Shown: piece after piece, positions 35,869 to 48,939 of the stretch
Numbering within the stretch: position 1 is the stretch's first letter
How the letters are laid out: every line of letters begins with the position of its first letter
Assembly: GCF_964188315.1 (NCBI RefSeq)
Contig: NC_135658.1
Location: 62,496,001 to 62,560,000 of the forward strand
DNA: 64,000 bases
Reading direction: 5' to 3'
Source of the DNA: Podarcis muralis
Taxonomy: Eukaryota
The notes under the pieces: generated by a model
Seen by the model: the letters and a program-made list of their open reading frames with translations, nothing else
What the model was told of the DNA's origin: nothing
Databases searched by the model: none
Position numbers and translations under genes: made by a program

Positions 35869-36534
35869 GTGAGTAAAACAGAATAGACCAGTTATAAAAT
35901 ATATTTACTGACAGGAGGATAACAATAAGCTGGCCAAGCTTCTTCAAACATTGAAGCTCTGTATCTGTTGTCATCTTTCTCTCCCCCCCCCCCCCCAGGG
36001 CCTCAAACTGCTGTTATCTGAGACACTGAAATATGGAGTGTCTGCAATCTGTCCAAAAAATCGCATCTGACATTTGTACTCCTTCACTGTACTGCAGGGA
36101 ATGTATAAACCATTCCTTCTCATGGCATTTATTTAGGATGAGAGTGGATAGGAGAATGTGTGAAGGGATACCTACAGTTATTCTCACAGGGGAAAACAGT
36201 GGCACAATGTTACTGAGGCACCACAAATACTAGCTTTGCCTCCATCGTGTTGAGTAGGGTTAAGTAAACTTTACTGCAGAAAGGCAATCTGAGCTGGGGC
36301 AGCTAACATTGAAATCCTCAGCAAACACTGACTGAAAACAGACTGGAAGGGGGGAAGTTTGGGGTGTGACGGGTTGGTACCTCCCCCAGGGCATCAGAAC
36401 CCAAAGCAGCAGCCTGAACTCTTACCTTGATATGTATGAGCTGACCAGATCTGTTGAACCAGTAGCTCTGGAGGGTGAGGTTCTGCAAATCAATCCAGGC
36501 TCCATCATCATGTCAATTGAACTCTGGGTTCTTA

Positions 36535-37065
36535 AGAATATAAGAACCTAAGAAGAACATTGCTGAATCAGGCCAAAGGCCCATCTAATCCAATACTTTG
36601 TGAACCAGGTGCCTGTAGGAAGCCCAAGCAGAAGCTGAATGCTACAGCTTTCCCTCCACTTGCAATTCCCAGAAAGTGGCACTCAGAGGCATGCTGCCTC
36701 CAACAGTGGAAACAGGACATAGCCATTGTGACAAGAAGAAGAAGAGTTTGTATTTGATATCCTGCTTTATCACTATCCTAAGTAGACTCAAAGCAGCTAA
36801 CATTCTCCTTTCCCTTCCTCCCCCACAACAAACAAACACTCTGTGAGGTGAGTGAGGCTGAGAGACTTCAGACAAGTGTGACTAGCCCAAGGTCACCCAG
36901 CAGCTGCATGCGGAGGAGCGGGGATGCAAACCCGGTTCACCAGATTACGAGACTACCACTCTTAACCACTACACCACACTGACAGCCTTACCTTCCATGA
37001 ATTTGTCTAGTTTCTCTTTAAAGTCATCCAACTTTGTGGCCATTGCTACCTCAGGGGACAGAAAA
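36535..37065 (-). mobile_element. CR1-type LINE 3' end interrupted by a SINE
   Basis: TAAGAACCTAAGAAGAAC..GAATCAGGCCAAAGGCCCATCTAATCCA tail; resumes after the SINE as AGCCTTACCTTCCATGAATTTGTCTA. Confidence 0.7.
36733..36983 (-). mobile_element. Squam3-like tRNA/CORE SINE
   Basis: CTCTTAACCACTACACCACACTG head, CCCAAGGTCACCCAGC CORE block, (AAG)n tail on the reverse strand. Confidence 0.8.
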
Positions 37066-37623
37066 TTTTACTTCCAGCACTTCACAATTACATTTCTGCA
37101 TGTCTTTGGCACCAATGTGCACCACAATTACTGACTCCTCCCCAGCACCATCTGCCAGACTGTCTAGATACTTTTTGTTTTGGAAATTTGGCTTTGACGG
37201 ATGCATTTAAACAAACGAAGCCTTTTTGATTAATTGTAAGGCAACAATGTTATGCATTAGTTTGCCAAACTTAGAAGATTAAGCTTTACTTAATGCCCAC
37301 CATTTTATCCCTCCAATTTTCCCAGCTTTCCAGCAAAAAAATGGCCAAGTAGGCATTTTATTACCCACATTAACATGTAATGTTTAGTTTTATTTCAGTT
37401 TCTTGTAGTAACCACACATGGGAAAGCTGAAATGATTTGAATTAGGAGCAGATGGATTTGAAGCTTTTCAGGTGAATCTGAGATAAGACAACTTATTTGA
37501 AAATGGCTCCTAATATGTTTAAAAATACACTCAAGTTGAGACAAGTTTGGGAAGTTAATGCATGTGTTAGTACAAGTATTGGCAAATCACAATTCTTGTA
37601 TACGTGCTTAGCATTAATTTACA

Positions 37624-37627
<4 letters not shown>

Positions 37628-37683
<56 letters not shown>

Positions 37684-37686
37684 ACA
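37628..37686. repeat. Compound microsatellite (CT)n(CA)n
   Basis: Directly visible. Confidence 0.97.
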
Positions 37687-38401
37687 TTGCCCTTGTAAAG
37701 AGATTCATGTTTTCTCAATGTAGGGGGGAATACCTAAATCTCAGTTTGAAGGCAAAGTGCTCAAGATTCACACTTCTCATATTAGCGCATCACAGTCACA
37801 TGAAAATGCACTGAGAGTTTCAGTATTGTAATCACCATCATGAATGAATTACAATTCAATGGAGAAGTCAAATGGCAAGGTCAAAGTCAAAGAAAAAACA
37901 CACACCATACAAACCAATCTAGATTTCATCCATGTATGGAAATGGATATGGAATAATGCACTGGAAGAAAGTAAATCTGTTAATCCAACTTTGATTAATT
38001 CTAGCAGAGGCCTTAGAGATGTATTAATGAGCAAAAATATTATGAAGATATTAATAAGTGCATTTCATTAAAGATTTCTACCACATACAGGAATTAGTAT
38101 ATAACTGCTTTTTATTATTATCATCTTCAATAATACATAGGGAAGAGTCTGTCCAAGAATGACTACAGCTTTTATCCATTCCTCAAAGAGCTGAAGCCTA
38201 GACACAGACCTTACAACATATTTTGTCAGTGGTATTTACTTTAAAGTAAAATAGACTCCACTTCAGCTTACAGCCATTGAAAGCTCCCAAACTGCGGCCC
38301 TGAATGTAGCAGCCTGCAGACATTGTCCATGTGAGATATGCACGGGTTATTTGTTGCATTCCCTGTATCTTTCTTTCACCAAGGAGGAGTTGCACTGCCC
38401 C

Positions 38402-38413
38402 ATAATAATAATG

Positions 38414-38463
<50 letters not shown>
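38402..38463. repeat. (AAT)n microsatellite, probably a LINE/SINE tail
   Basis: About 20 units followed by TTATTTATACCCCGCCCAT, as at the L2 end at 59912. Confidence 0.95.
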
Positions 38464-38959
38464 TTATTTATACCCCGCCCATTTTACAAATGGCAGTAAA
38501 AAAGTTTACTGCAATACAAGAACAGAAGTAAATACATATGTTAGAGCAGCATTCATTGATTGTCACTCTAGAATTCAGTGTTGGGAGTTAGGTCATAAAA
38601 AAAGAGCAGAGAGTGAACTACCTTTAAATGCATGTAACTGCACATGGGACTAAAGTCTTGATTAATTCCACTATATGAAAGTGTTCAAATACGTTTTGAA
38701 TGCATCAACTGCAGAATTCATTTCCAAACAGAAATGAAAGGTCTAGTAGATATCAAACAGAAGCTCTCTTCCAGGAGCTGCTCTACATCCATTCAGGAGA
38801 TGGACATCAATGAGTTGCTTTTTTCCAAAGATAAATCACACATCTTTCTATTTCAAGCTGCGTTTTCCTCAGACTAATTTGTCTGCAAGCTATCAGTTTA
38901 GGCCTCTGGCAAGAGTGACTGACCCTCATCCCCGTGCAGCTGGAGTGGGGAGGAAGATG

Positions 38960-39124
38960 NNNNNNNNNNNNNNNNNNNNNNNNNNNNNNNNNNNNNNNNN
39001 NNNNNNNNNNNNNNNNNNNNNNNNNNNNNNNNNNNNNNNNNNNNNNNNNNNNNNNNNNNNNNNNNNNNNNNNNNNNNNNNNNNNNNNNNNNNNNNNNNNN
39101 NNNNNNNNNNNNNNNNNNNNNNNN
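38960..39124. other. Assembly gap (165 N)
   Basis: Run of N. Confidence 1.
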
Positions 39125-40021
39125 GCTCTTACCCCACATGCCACCAGCATGTTCCCAAGAAATTACCCCAGAGGGAATACAGCACTTGAGAGTCAGACAG
39201 CTGCCCTTCTCTGCATTAAACTATACAAATAGGAGACTATAGAATGTTACAAGAGCATTTATCTGAAAGTACATGCCATTAATGCTCACTTTTATTACCA
39301 TTTAAATCAAAGATCTTATCAATAAATGAACAATTAAATGCCAGATGTTTTTCTTGCCTATGAAATGTACAATTATTTACCCATGACAGTGGAGGGCATT
39401 GGCTAGGTAGTACATCCAATTAACTGACCCGAAGAGAATCTGCATTACTTATGAACTAACTTATTTAGTTTTCAGGTACTAAGTACATTGCAGTAATTTA
39501 AAGGATACTAATAAGACATTGGCTTCTGTGTATTTTACTCCCATAAAGAAGAAAATTCTCTGCAAACACTGCTGTAGAAAATTGTTAGCGTCTTCATCTG
39601 AGATAACATTAATTTCCATAACAGGGTTCAATGAACTAAATATTAGCCCATCCAATGTACAAGGCCCATTAATGTAAACCACCAGGACTAACACTCAAGC
39701 TGGATGTTGCTGGTGCAATGCAATTATCACCAGCAATCAATTTCCATTTTCACTTGTTTTAAGATAAGCAATGGAATTGTTAATGATACGACAGGCAGAA
39801 TGGATTTTACAGCAGAAAAATAGTCAAGAAAATATAGCACAAGAAATAGCATATATCACACCTAAAGCAAAGTAACGTAGAAATAAAACCAGGCACTATT
39901 AATTTATTCTCTATTCATCATTTGTTTTGTATTTTTTTACTTGTTTCATGAGATAATCCAGCTAATACCAAGTATTTTAAAATCCCTTTTATTGTAATTG
40001 TGGAGTTATGCACTTGCTTAG

Positions 40022-40111
40022 GGCTGCAATCCTAAACATGCTTGCTATAGAGTAAGCTCCACTGGATGCTGTGAGGCTTGCTTCTAAGTCAACATGCATG
40101 CGATTGCAATG
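40022..40111. mobile_element. Short degenerate palindromic element (old MITE-like)
   Basis: TGCAATC..GATTGCA inverted ends with a GAGTAAGCTCCA core. Confidence 0.55.
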
Positions 40112-43100
40112 TAAGTCACTCCTATTGAAATGAATATAATTTAATAGGGCTTCATTGTAGGGAGAACATGAGCATTGCTTTTATAGACAGTCACCTTGAA
40201 TTGTTATAAAATACCATACCATACCATGCCATATAATAACATGTAAATAAAATGAGCAATTAGCCATAAAATCAGCCTACAGTATTCCCCCCCCCCCCTA
40301 TTTGTTTGTCTTCATCCTGCACTTCAATGCTCTCAGAAACTGGGTGGCAGCCTTACTAGGATCTAATGGTAAGGAGAGGTGTCATCTGCATATTGATATC
40401 AAACCCCACGTGTCTGGACACCCAACCACCTGTCAATCACCTGGCATCATTATTACATTACGTTACAACTTCAAAAGAGGTTGTTGTCAGCATCAATCAG
40501 CTGACTGGCACTGAGAAGAGGTGTGATTTTGCTTCAACCCACACCTACAAATGGACATATTTCCTCTGCAGAGTGGCAAAGCTGCCTGTAAATGGGGGGA
40601 AATGTCTGTTTCCAGGTCCAGTTTGAAACCAAACCATGCCAGCAAACAGGCTACTTTGAAGTAGCTTGGTGTCAGCACCAATCAGCTGTTGGCCCTGTCA
40701 GCAAGCCCCACTTGCCAATGAACAATTGAGAGTATACTTGCTCCCAATTGCTTCTTTGCCACTGTACCTTTAACCACAACAGGTGGTTTGGGTGAGGCAA
40801 CAGCCCTGCATGCCAAATTAGGACTCCCGTGGGAACTACATAACTCTGTGGGGTGGAAGTTTTGCGCCATGGTGGTATTCAACTAAATAATTGCACAAGT
40901 GGAATGACTTCTGCTTGTACAATGGGATTTCCCCCCTTTCCTTCCCCTGCACATGCCTTAAACCACTCCCAGACCTGCTCCAGAGATTTGGGGAATCCCC
41001 GTAGAGCAGATGTAGACAGTGCACAAGTGGAGAACATTTGCCACTATGTTGAATATTACTCCATTGTTTTAGCAGCAGCTGAAGATCTATAGGACCTCAC
41101 CCTGGAACCTTATGATATAGTGGGGATAATGTATCCTATGAATAAATATTTAGATCAATAGGAACCATCATTTCAGAGGTCAACCTGGGCTTTTACAGGA
41201 CTATCAAACAAGGCAACTGGGAACTCATACACAGGTATGGGTAAGTAAGTATCACTTGAGAAGCAGCAATGCTTGCCAATGTAGCAACCAAAACATGACA
41301 TTCCAGAACAAGTAATCTGAAGGCCTCCAATTCCATCACCAAACCACTCCTGTCATCTCAGGCACACAGACTGTTGGGCAATGAGATAGGCAGCACTCCA
41401 ACAGAATCCCTGTGCTTTCTTTCTCAGCACAAGATGCATATAGTCAGAATCAGCAGACCTGAGCAGAGGGGGAAAGAACCCCTTAGACCACAGCATCTAG
41501 TCTTAAATCAGAAAACAAAACAATTAACAGGAAGGATTTACAGAGGTATGTTACTAAAATAAATCAGCAGTCTATTGAATGGGACTATTCTAGTACTTTG
41601 TGATTAATTCCAACAGTTAATATACCAATATTTATCTATGTAGTTAAACCTCCAGAAATATCTAGCTTTTGTTAAAGGAAAAAAAGGAATTACAGTATGC
41701 ATTAATCATTTTATGTAGGGAATAATAAACCTTATTCAAATTGATAAAACATAGTATAAAAAGCTGTTTGAATACCAAGTTTCTCTAAAATATTTATAAT
41801 TAGCAGCTGCAAAAACGGCAGCTGTATGCTAGCTGTAGTTCTGAAGAAGCATATGGATAAGTAGGCTCTCCAAATGTGGAGAAAAAATATGATGCTAAAA
41901 ATTATTTGCAAATGCAATATTTAATTGCAATGAACACAATTAAGCAAAGTTAAGCATTCTAAATCCTATTGATTTGAACAGAAGTGCTTATGAACATCTA
42001 GAAATCATTCTCATTAGAATCTTTGAGACTTTAAATCCCCAGAAGTCCACCGTAATACAAATGCATTCATTTATATCAATCCCTTGTTATCTTTCATTCT
42101 CTGCCCACTGTCAGGCTTTCAGATGTTAAGTTCCTTGGCACAAGTGATGTGGCACCTACATTTTTGTTTATGCAGTAAAGTAGCAACCCATCTGATCAGC
42201 AGATGTATGTTCTGGCTGCCAAGTGAGGTTGCTTAAACAGCACTGAGCAGAGCCTGGCGCTCTGGATGCCCAGCCTTCACAAGTGGAAAGCACTTTTGGT
42301 CTGAGAGGGCAATGAAGTTGACAGGTGTTCCTTTTAGGCATCTGACTGCTCTTGTATTTTTCCCTGAACACTGCAGGTTTAAAATAGGTCACTTATTAGG
42401 TTTTGTGTGTCCACTACTCTCAGCTGTTCCCCAGTCAGCAGAGCAGGCCAATGAGAACTGCAGGGAGAGGAAGGTTTTCAACCTTCCCTAACCCTCCCGT
42501 GATTCTGATGAATATTACCTCTCCCCAGCTGCTCTTAAGCTTGTTCCTAAATGGGAATTGCAGGGGAGGGGGATATTTAGCCAGCCGAGAAGGGTTACCT
42601 AGTAGGGAAAAGACAGCTGGGAGAGACAGTGCGTGAAATACCTCTGATCCTAACCCACTGCCATTTCCGGCGCACCCATTGCTGAAAGTTTATTCAAGAA
42701 AATCCTGTTCTTCATGGAAGAATAAATAAATATTTCTCTTATTGCTGCAGTCTTCTCAAGGCTTTAGGGCTGGGTACTGTCAGTTCAGAAACACAGCATA
42801 CATGCACAGTCAAACACCAGCTAGGGAACATAATGTCATAACAGAGCATTTGCTGCCCTGCTACTCACACCAACCTCTGCAGAAGGGGGGGGGGCAGTAG
42901 CACTTTCTCAACTGATTGAGAAGCTTCCAACAGCTCATCCGATTTTCCCTGATGAAAGAGAGCTAGGGGAAAATAGTGAACTATTAAGTGACTTTGAAAG
43001 ATGACTTGATCCCACAGCTTGTATATTGTAAGCTCAAAGGTATATATTATAATTGACATTGCATTTTTATTGCTTGGTATATCAAGTGTGCTTTGCATTA

Positions 43101-43276
43101 TATCCATAATGCTGACATAGGCCTTATGAATTCCTGGTATGAAAGCATTATTTATTAACTGCAACTGAGTTTTGTTCACAGTCAACACAACAGTGTTTGT
43201 CAATCAATGTTGGTTTTTAAAAGGAAAGCTCAGTCAGTGTGACTTCCCCTGCTGAAAACCTACTGATAACCTATGA

Positions 43277-43332
43277 CTTGGGGCTCGAACCCATGGCCCT
43301 GAGATTAAGAGTCTCATGCATTACCAACTGAA
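43277..43332 (-). mobile_element. tRNA-Lys(CTT)-derived SINE head or tRNA pseudogene fragment
   Basis: Reverse complement CATGAGACTCTTAATCTCAGGGCCATGGGTTCGAGCCCCA resembles vertebrate tRNA-Lys-CTT; acceptor stem not intact. Confidence 0.65.
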
Positions 43333-43699
43333 TGGTATACCTGCAGTACCAACCTCCCCTTTCTGAACTTACCCCACAGAAGCAGCACTGTAGTGGACTG
43401 AGAGCTGAGTGCCTGTGGTGCTTCCGGTCCAGTGGGTAAACCCATGGCCAAGTAGGAGGGAAGAGTGGGACAGCCATCAGTCTTCCTTACCCAGTTATAA
43501 TGGACCAGAATTGCTGGTCTGCTCCTGTTCCATCACAGCCCTGCTACCACTAGAACCACCACCTGATAAGCCCACAAGCAAGTGAGTGAGCAAGCATGTG
43601 AGCCTTCATTGCAAAATAGAACCAAGTGAATAGCAATTTTCCATTGCCCAGCATCCCCCAGCCCAATTTCCGAGTTTAGAATACAGAATATTTGGTATA

Positions 43700-43938
43700 C
43701 AGTGGCACCTCAGTTTAAGAACAGCCCTGTTTACGAACTAGTCCGTTTACAAACTCTGCAAAACTGGAGTGTGTCCCGGTTTGCAAACTTTACCTCAGTC
43801 TAAGAATGGAATCCAAACGGTGGGAGGGCACCAGCGGCAGGAGGCCTCATTAGGGAAAGCGCGCCTCGGTTTAAGAACGGTTTCGGTTTAAGAACAGACT
43901 TCTGGAATGGATTAAGTTCGTAAACTGAGGTACCACTG
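43700..43938 (+). mobile_element. pogo/Tigger-like MITE, GTTTAAGAAC subfamily
   Basis: TIRs CAGTGGCACCTCAGTTTA / TAAACTGAGGTACCACTG, TA on both sides. Confidence 0.9.
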
Positions 43939-43976
43939 TATAGTATATTAAGCATATGGTGTTGTCTGTCTTCAGA

Positions 43977-44350
43977 TTTGTTGGTGCTGACCTTTAAAGT
44001 GCTAAACAGCCTCGGCCCTGTATACTTGAAGGAGTGTCTCCACCCCCATCATTCAACCCGGACACTGAGGTCCAGTCCCGAGGGCCTTCTGGCGGTTCCC
44101 TCACTGTGAGAAGTGAGGTTGCAGGGAACCAGGTAGAGGGCCTTCTTGGTAGTGGCACCCGCACTGTGGAACGCCCTCCCATCATATGTCAAGGAAATAA
44201 ACAACTATCTGAATTTAGAAGACATCTGAAGGCAGCCCTGTTTAGGGAAGTTTTTAATGTTTCATGTTTTATCGTGTTTTTAATATTCTTTTGGGAGCTG
44301 CCTAGAGTGGCTGGGGTATAAATAATAAATTATTATTATTAAATTATTAT
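43977..44350 (+). mobile_element. L2-clade LINE 3' fragment
   Basis: LVLTFKVLNSLGPVYLKE..VAPALWNALPS..FRRHLKAALFREVF C-terminus, 3' UTR and (ATT)n tail. Confidence 0.85.
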
Positions 44351-46114
44351 AAGGTTCAAAGAGAATGGCAAAATATTGCAGCTGACTCTTAACAAAAATG
44401 AGAATCCAAAGGACATACATGCAATCTCATCCACTATATAATAGTGTTCAGACAGAATCTGGAATAACACCCACAGATACAATATTTGTCCTATTTTGAT
44501 TATTAATGAACTACTAGTTCCAGATTTTGCACATATATGTTTCTAAACTTTGCTTTGAGATAAGGAATAGATATGAGTTAACTACACCCATCAAATGCAT
44601 GTAACATATTAGCTGGAGTTCTTTCTGAAAGCCTATCCCAAATTCTGCAGCATCAGCCACAGCAAGCTTCCACCCAGTAACCTGGACTGCAGGTGTGAAA
44701 GTGTTTTAAGGCTAAGATATTCTGCTGTTTAGCTATTTCCATCACTATACTTTGTCAAGTTGTTTGCCTATAATAAAAGAAACACTGAATCGCCATTTTT
44801 AGTATAAAACCCACTTTAGCACCCCTGAATTTTTACTAGAAAGGAGGAATAGAATACAATCACTCGTGTTTATGAATGCATTCTAGAAAGCATATTACAG
44901 TGCTAACACCTACCAGGGAAAATGTAAGGAAAAAGCAGAAAACAGATAACAGGATGCATTATTGTTAGCTAAAAAGGAATGTGGTTTTGCTTTCTACCTG
45001 TTCTCAAAGCTGGAGGAAGCCAAACTGACAAAAGGCAAATCATGTTTTTTATTGAAAAGAGAAATGCCATTACTATTTGGATAGTAATTCCAGCCTGACT
45101 GCTCACACTGCCTTCCTGTCATAGCAAGACTGGGTTCCATTCTAAGTCAATAACTATTGCTTATTTATCCCTTAAACAAGCAAATTCTCTCCTGTTCCTG
45201 TACTGCTTTTCTTTTATGTCTGTCCATAAACATCTCCAACATGGTGTGTGGCTAAAAATAAGCATTAAAAATATCACAGAAGGCGAGCAAATGTTCCTGT
45301 TTCTTCTACAACAGTTAATTTATTTTATTTTGCAGTATTTGTTGAATTATTAATAACAAATATTGTATTAAAACTAACATGTTAATTCATATATACTAGG
45401 ACAGATTAAGAAATAATAGAACATTTTAATTTGTGCTAGAAAGGGATTTTGGGAAATGAAGGAAGGTTGAATATTGGAAGAAAATATTAGGTAGCTCAAT
45501 CTTCCTGACTTTTGAAATCTGTTCCAAATGAATGAACTGTGACTGTATAGTCCACAATATTCTTTAAGAGATTTTTAAAGATGTCACCTTTAAACTATGG
45601 CATTCATCTTAATGTGGAGAACAGAACATGACCCATTCATCATTTACACAACCAATCCTTTTGTAAAGGAGTTCAAACAAAAAACTATTTGCTCGGTAGC
45701 TAGGATGTCAGCAGAGCAACTAGGATGTCAAGAAGAGGATTCCTTATAGATCCCAGATGCAACCTTACGAACATCTCTTTGTTTTTGGACTTTGGTGCAA
45801 GATGCAGTTTTCAGTGGTGTATGACTGGCAAAGCCAGCTGCAATTATCAGGCAAGGGAATTTCTGTTTTGTGTATTAGGAAGGGGGCAGACCTGTGGGAA
45901 ACATTTAAATCTGATTACACACTCTTTTGTGTACTGTTATGTTGGGGCTGTAACACCAAATCAAATTACGTTTGCTCACATGCCCAAATTGCCTTTTTCA
46001 ACATTTTTGGGATATAGTGGTAAGCTGGTCCCTCCCATTGGGGGCACAACCATGCACATCCAAACAGCTGCTGGGATACTCCCCACAAACTGGATGACTC
46101 CCCCCCCCCCGGCT

Positions 46115-46520
46115 TTTTAATATACCACTTAAGCATCAAAGCTTTTAAGTGGTTAACACAAAATATACATTAAAAATACCAAACAGGCATTATAAAATAA
46201 AATTACATATTAAAGTGTACATCAAAGGAACATGTCTTGGTAGGATTTCCTAAACAAAAAGGGTTTTTAGCAAGTGCCAAAAACAATACAGCGAAGGGAG
46301 CTTCCTAAATCAATGGGCAGGGAGTTCCAGTGTATAGATGCTGCCACAGTGAAGGGTCGAATCCTTACAAGTCCAGAATGAACATTATGTGGTACAAATT
46401 GCAAAAGGGCAGAAAGGAGTAAGGTAAACTGGTCCCAAGCTGTTATGTGCTTTATATATTAACACAATGAATTTGGCTTGGCAAACTACTACAGATCTCT
46501 GAGCAGGGGTATAATATGTT
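46115..46520 (-). mobile_element. Old L2-like LINE 3' fragment
   Basis: GGCAGGGAGTTCCA..GCTGCCACAGTGAAGG and GGTCCCAAGCTGTT..GCTTTA blocks, heavily diverged. Confidence 0.45.
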
Positions 46521-46688
46521 GACAGGGATATGTGAGCACTTGTGCTGCAACATTATGCAAGGGAGATTGCAGCTGGGTTTCTGAAATGTGCATATCAGGC
46601 TAAAGGGTTCTAGGTTTGAGAATATGGTGCACGGAATAAAATAACATGCAACCTACATGCAAGTCCCTATCAATTTGAACAGGTGGTC

Positions 46689-47319
46689 TGTGATGGCCTG
46701 GGATTCAGACTCAGATGCTGAACCTGAGGGATCCCAGTCTGCACAGGATTCCCCGCCTCCAGAACCAGCTGAGCCGGGGCTGGGGCATGAGCCTGAAGGG
46801 TCCTCACCTGTGCTGGATCCTCAGGTACAGGCATCAGCTGAGTCTGCTCTGGCTCCTGAGGTGATGGAGGACCCATTCTCCACTCTCAGCCCCATCAGAG
46901 GAAGCTGAGGTTGCCTCTGGGTCCGGTAACCCTCCATCCTCTCCTGGGCATCCTCTCAGGGCAGAGAGGCGGAGGGAACTAAGTTCCCGCAGGAGGAGTG
47001 CTCGCCTCCAGGCCTGGAGAGGCGAGTCTCCAGAGGATCGGCGCCGCCCTATGCCTCGGGGGAGATAAAAGCCAGCCAGCCCCAGTCCCAAGTTGCGGGA
47101 GCAACATTGTTGGTTGCTAGTTCCTGTCTGAACCCTGTCCTGCTTTTCTGCCAGAGCTCCTGACCTGCCTTGGCTCCCTGCTTCCATGCCTGTTCCTGAC
47201 TTCACCTGACTCCCTGCCCTGCACCCAGCTTCAGCTATTACAGACTGCCTCCACGTTGCACCTTTGACCACAGACTGCACTTGGACCTCACCTTTTGGGT
47301 AACCCACAGGACCAGCACA
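46689..47319 (+). mobile_element. Solo LTR (Gypsy/ERV-type)
   Basis: TGT..ACA termini with a perfect 5-bp TSD TGGTC (46684-46688, 47320-47324); GATAAAA TATA-like box; orientation inferred. Confidence 0.85.
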
Positions 47320-47904
47320 TGGTCAAAGAAACAGATCAATAAAGTTCATGGATGAAGGATGAAGAACAGACATCTTTACTCTAGGGAATTCTATTAGGTA
47401 TTTGTCTTTTAAAATACATGTTCATGCATTGTGAAAAAGCATCAACATTTGACTAAGACAGACATATGATACTTTTTGATATAAATGGTTCCAGTTCACA
47501 GAGAACATTAGTGGTATTAAATTCATTTGTGCTTTCCCTATCATCTTTAAGCAGAAGGATTATAGTGAAAGAAATATTTTTATGCCTTATCTACAGGCTC
47601 ACAGGGAGATGACTATGGCAGACCTAATTACATTCACAATGAACTCTCAGAAAAGTGGTGCAGAGGTGAAATTTTCATTAAAACAATTACTCATATCTTC
47701 ATACACTAATTCATAAACAGATCCTAAACTGCAGAGTGGGGAGTTTTAAAACTGTATCAACTACATTTCAGCAGCAATGAACATTCTCCACGCTTGGCAT
47801 GAGAAGGTGTGTACTCAGAGCCTTTTCAGGGAGAAGAGAAACAAATTGAAAGAAGAAGAATGGATTCAGCCTCCAAATTAAACTGAGGGTGTAATATTCA
47901 TCTT

Positions 47905-48030
47905 AGCATGTGACTCTTAATATCAGGGTTGTGGATTCAAGCTCCACATTGGGCAAAAGATTCCCAATTGCATTGCAGGGGTTGCACTAAGGGCCCTTGT
48001 GGTCCCTTCCAACTCTACAATTTTCCATGA
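47905..48030 (+). mobile_element. tRNA-Lys-derived SINE with CR1-type tail
   Basis: AGCATGTGACTCTTAATATCAGGGTTGTGGATTCAAGCTCCACATTGGGC followed by GGTCCCTTCCAACTCTACAATT. Confidence 0.7.
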
Positions 48031-48320
48031 ATACATGAGTAAAATTTAAGAGCACATTGGGCTGAATATATGTCATAAGTCTATGTCATTACCTTGTTAG
48101 TGTTCAGCATTAATACTCCATGAGATAACAAACACATAAGTTTACAGTCAAAAGTTATATGTATCCTTGTTGAAGACTCTTCAGACAGACGTTTTCTATG
48201 TGCATGAACTGATGTTTTATTTAGATTGTACAGTCTCATAGGGGAACTACTCCTTCAAGGGTTCCAGTGAGCACAGTGGTGTTTTGGACAAACACTCCTG
48301 CACTTCACTCCAGCTTCACT

Positions 48321-48529
48321 TAGGGTTGTCATATTTCAAACAGTGAAAAGTTGTAGAGCTTTTTTGACAAATTTGCAAAAAGAAGAATTTTTTGAGCTTT
48401 TTAAAAGAAAAATTGCCAAAAGCAACACTACCGACATGGGTTGCCATTTTCACAATTTCTGCCCAGACACTGCTTCTGACTGCAGTATTCCAGATGCGTC
48501 CAGGAAATTCCGGATGAATGGCAACCCTA
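48321..48529. mobile_element. hAT MITE (Blackjack-like termini)
   Basis: TIRs TAGGGTTGTCAT / ATGGCAACCCTA; perfect 8-bp TSD GCTTCACT (48313-48320, 48530-48537). Confidence 0.88.
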
Positions 48530-48939
48530 GCTTCACTGCAATTTTGCAGCACCATGATTCAGAAATATATTTATTTTTTGTTACATTTGTGTACTGCCCT
48601 TCATCTGAAGATCGCAGGGTTTTTCACAACATTAAAATACAAAATGAAAACGCAAAATGCATAATAAAACAGAAACAAAACAAACAAAGAACCCCTCTCC
48701 CACAAACATGGTAATCATTCAAATGCCAGGTTGAAGAGAAACATTTTCACCTGGCGCCTAAAGATATGTAATGAAGGCACTTGGCGAGAGCCCATTCCCG
48801 TGTTGCCACCCTGTGGATCTCTCATGTGGAAGGCACCTGAAGATGGTCCTAGTTCAACACCATATACTTGTGATTTACTTCTTCTTTATTTGCTCGGGGA
48901 CTGGTACACAATGCCAAGGGATCTATTTACATCATGAAA

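Noticed and set aside
38940-39145. Weak inverted similarity (GTGGGG..AAGA) across the N gap
   Set aside because: Too short and degenerate; the gap content is unknown.
41177-41240. Small plus-strand exon-like segment ending GG/GTAAGT
   Set aside because: All three frames open and several alternative acceptors; nothing discriminates it from chance.
42869-42948. Minus-strand exon-like segment (GKSDELLEASQSVEK..)
   Set aside because: Contains a poly-C run typical of non-coding DNA here, and the donor has T at -1.
43277-43332. Possible functional tRNA-Lys gene (also 47905)
   Set aside because: Acceptor stem and D-arm broken; the second copy carries a CR1-type tail, so both look SINE-derived.
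45700-45730. CTAGGATGTCA repeated at 20-bp spacing
   Set aside because: Two 11-mers only; an ordinary micro-duplication.
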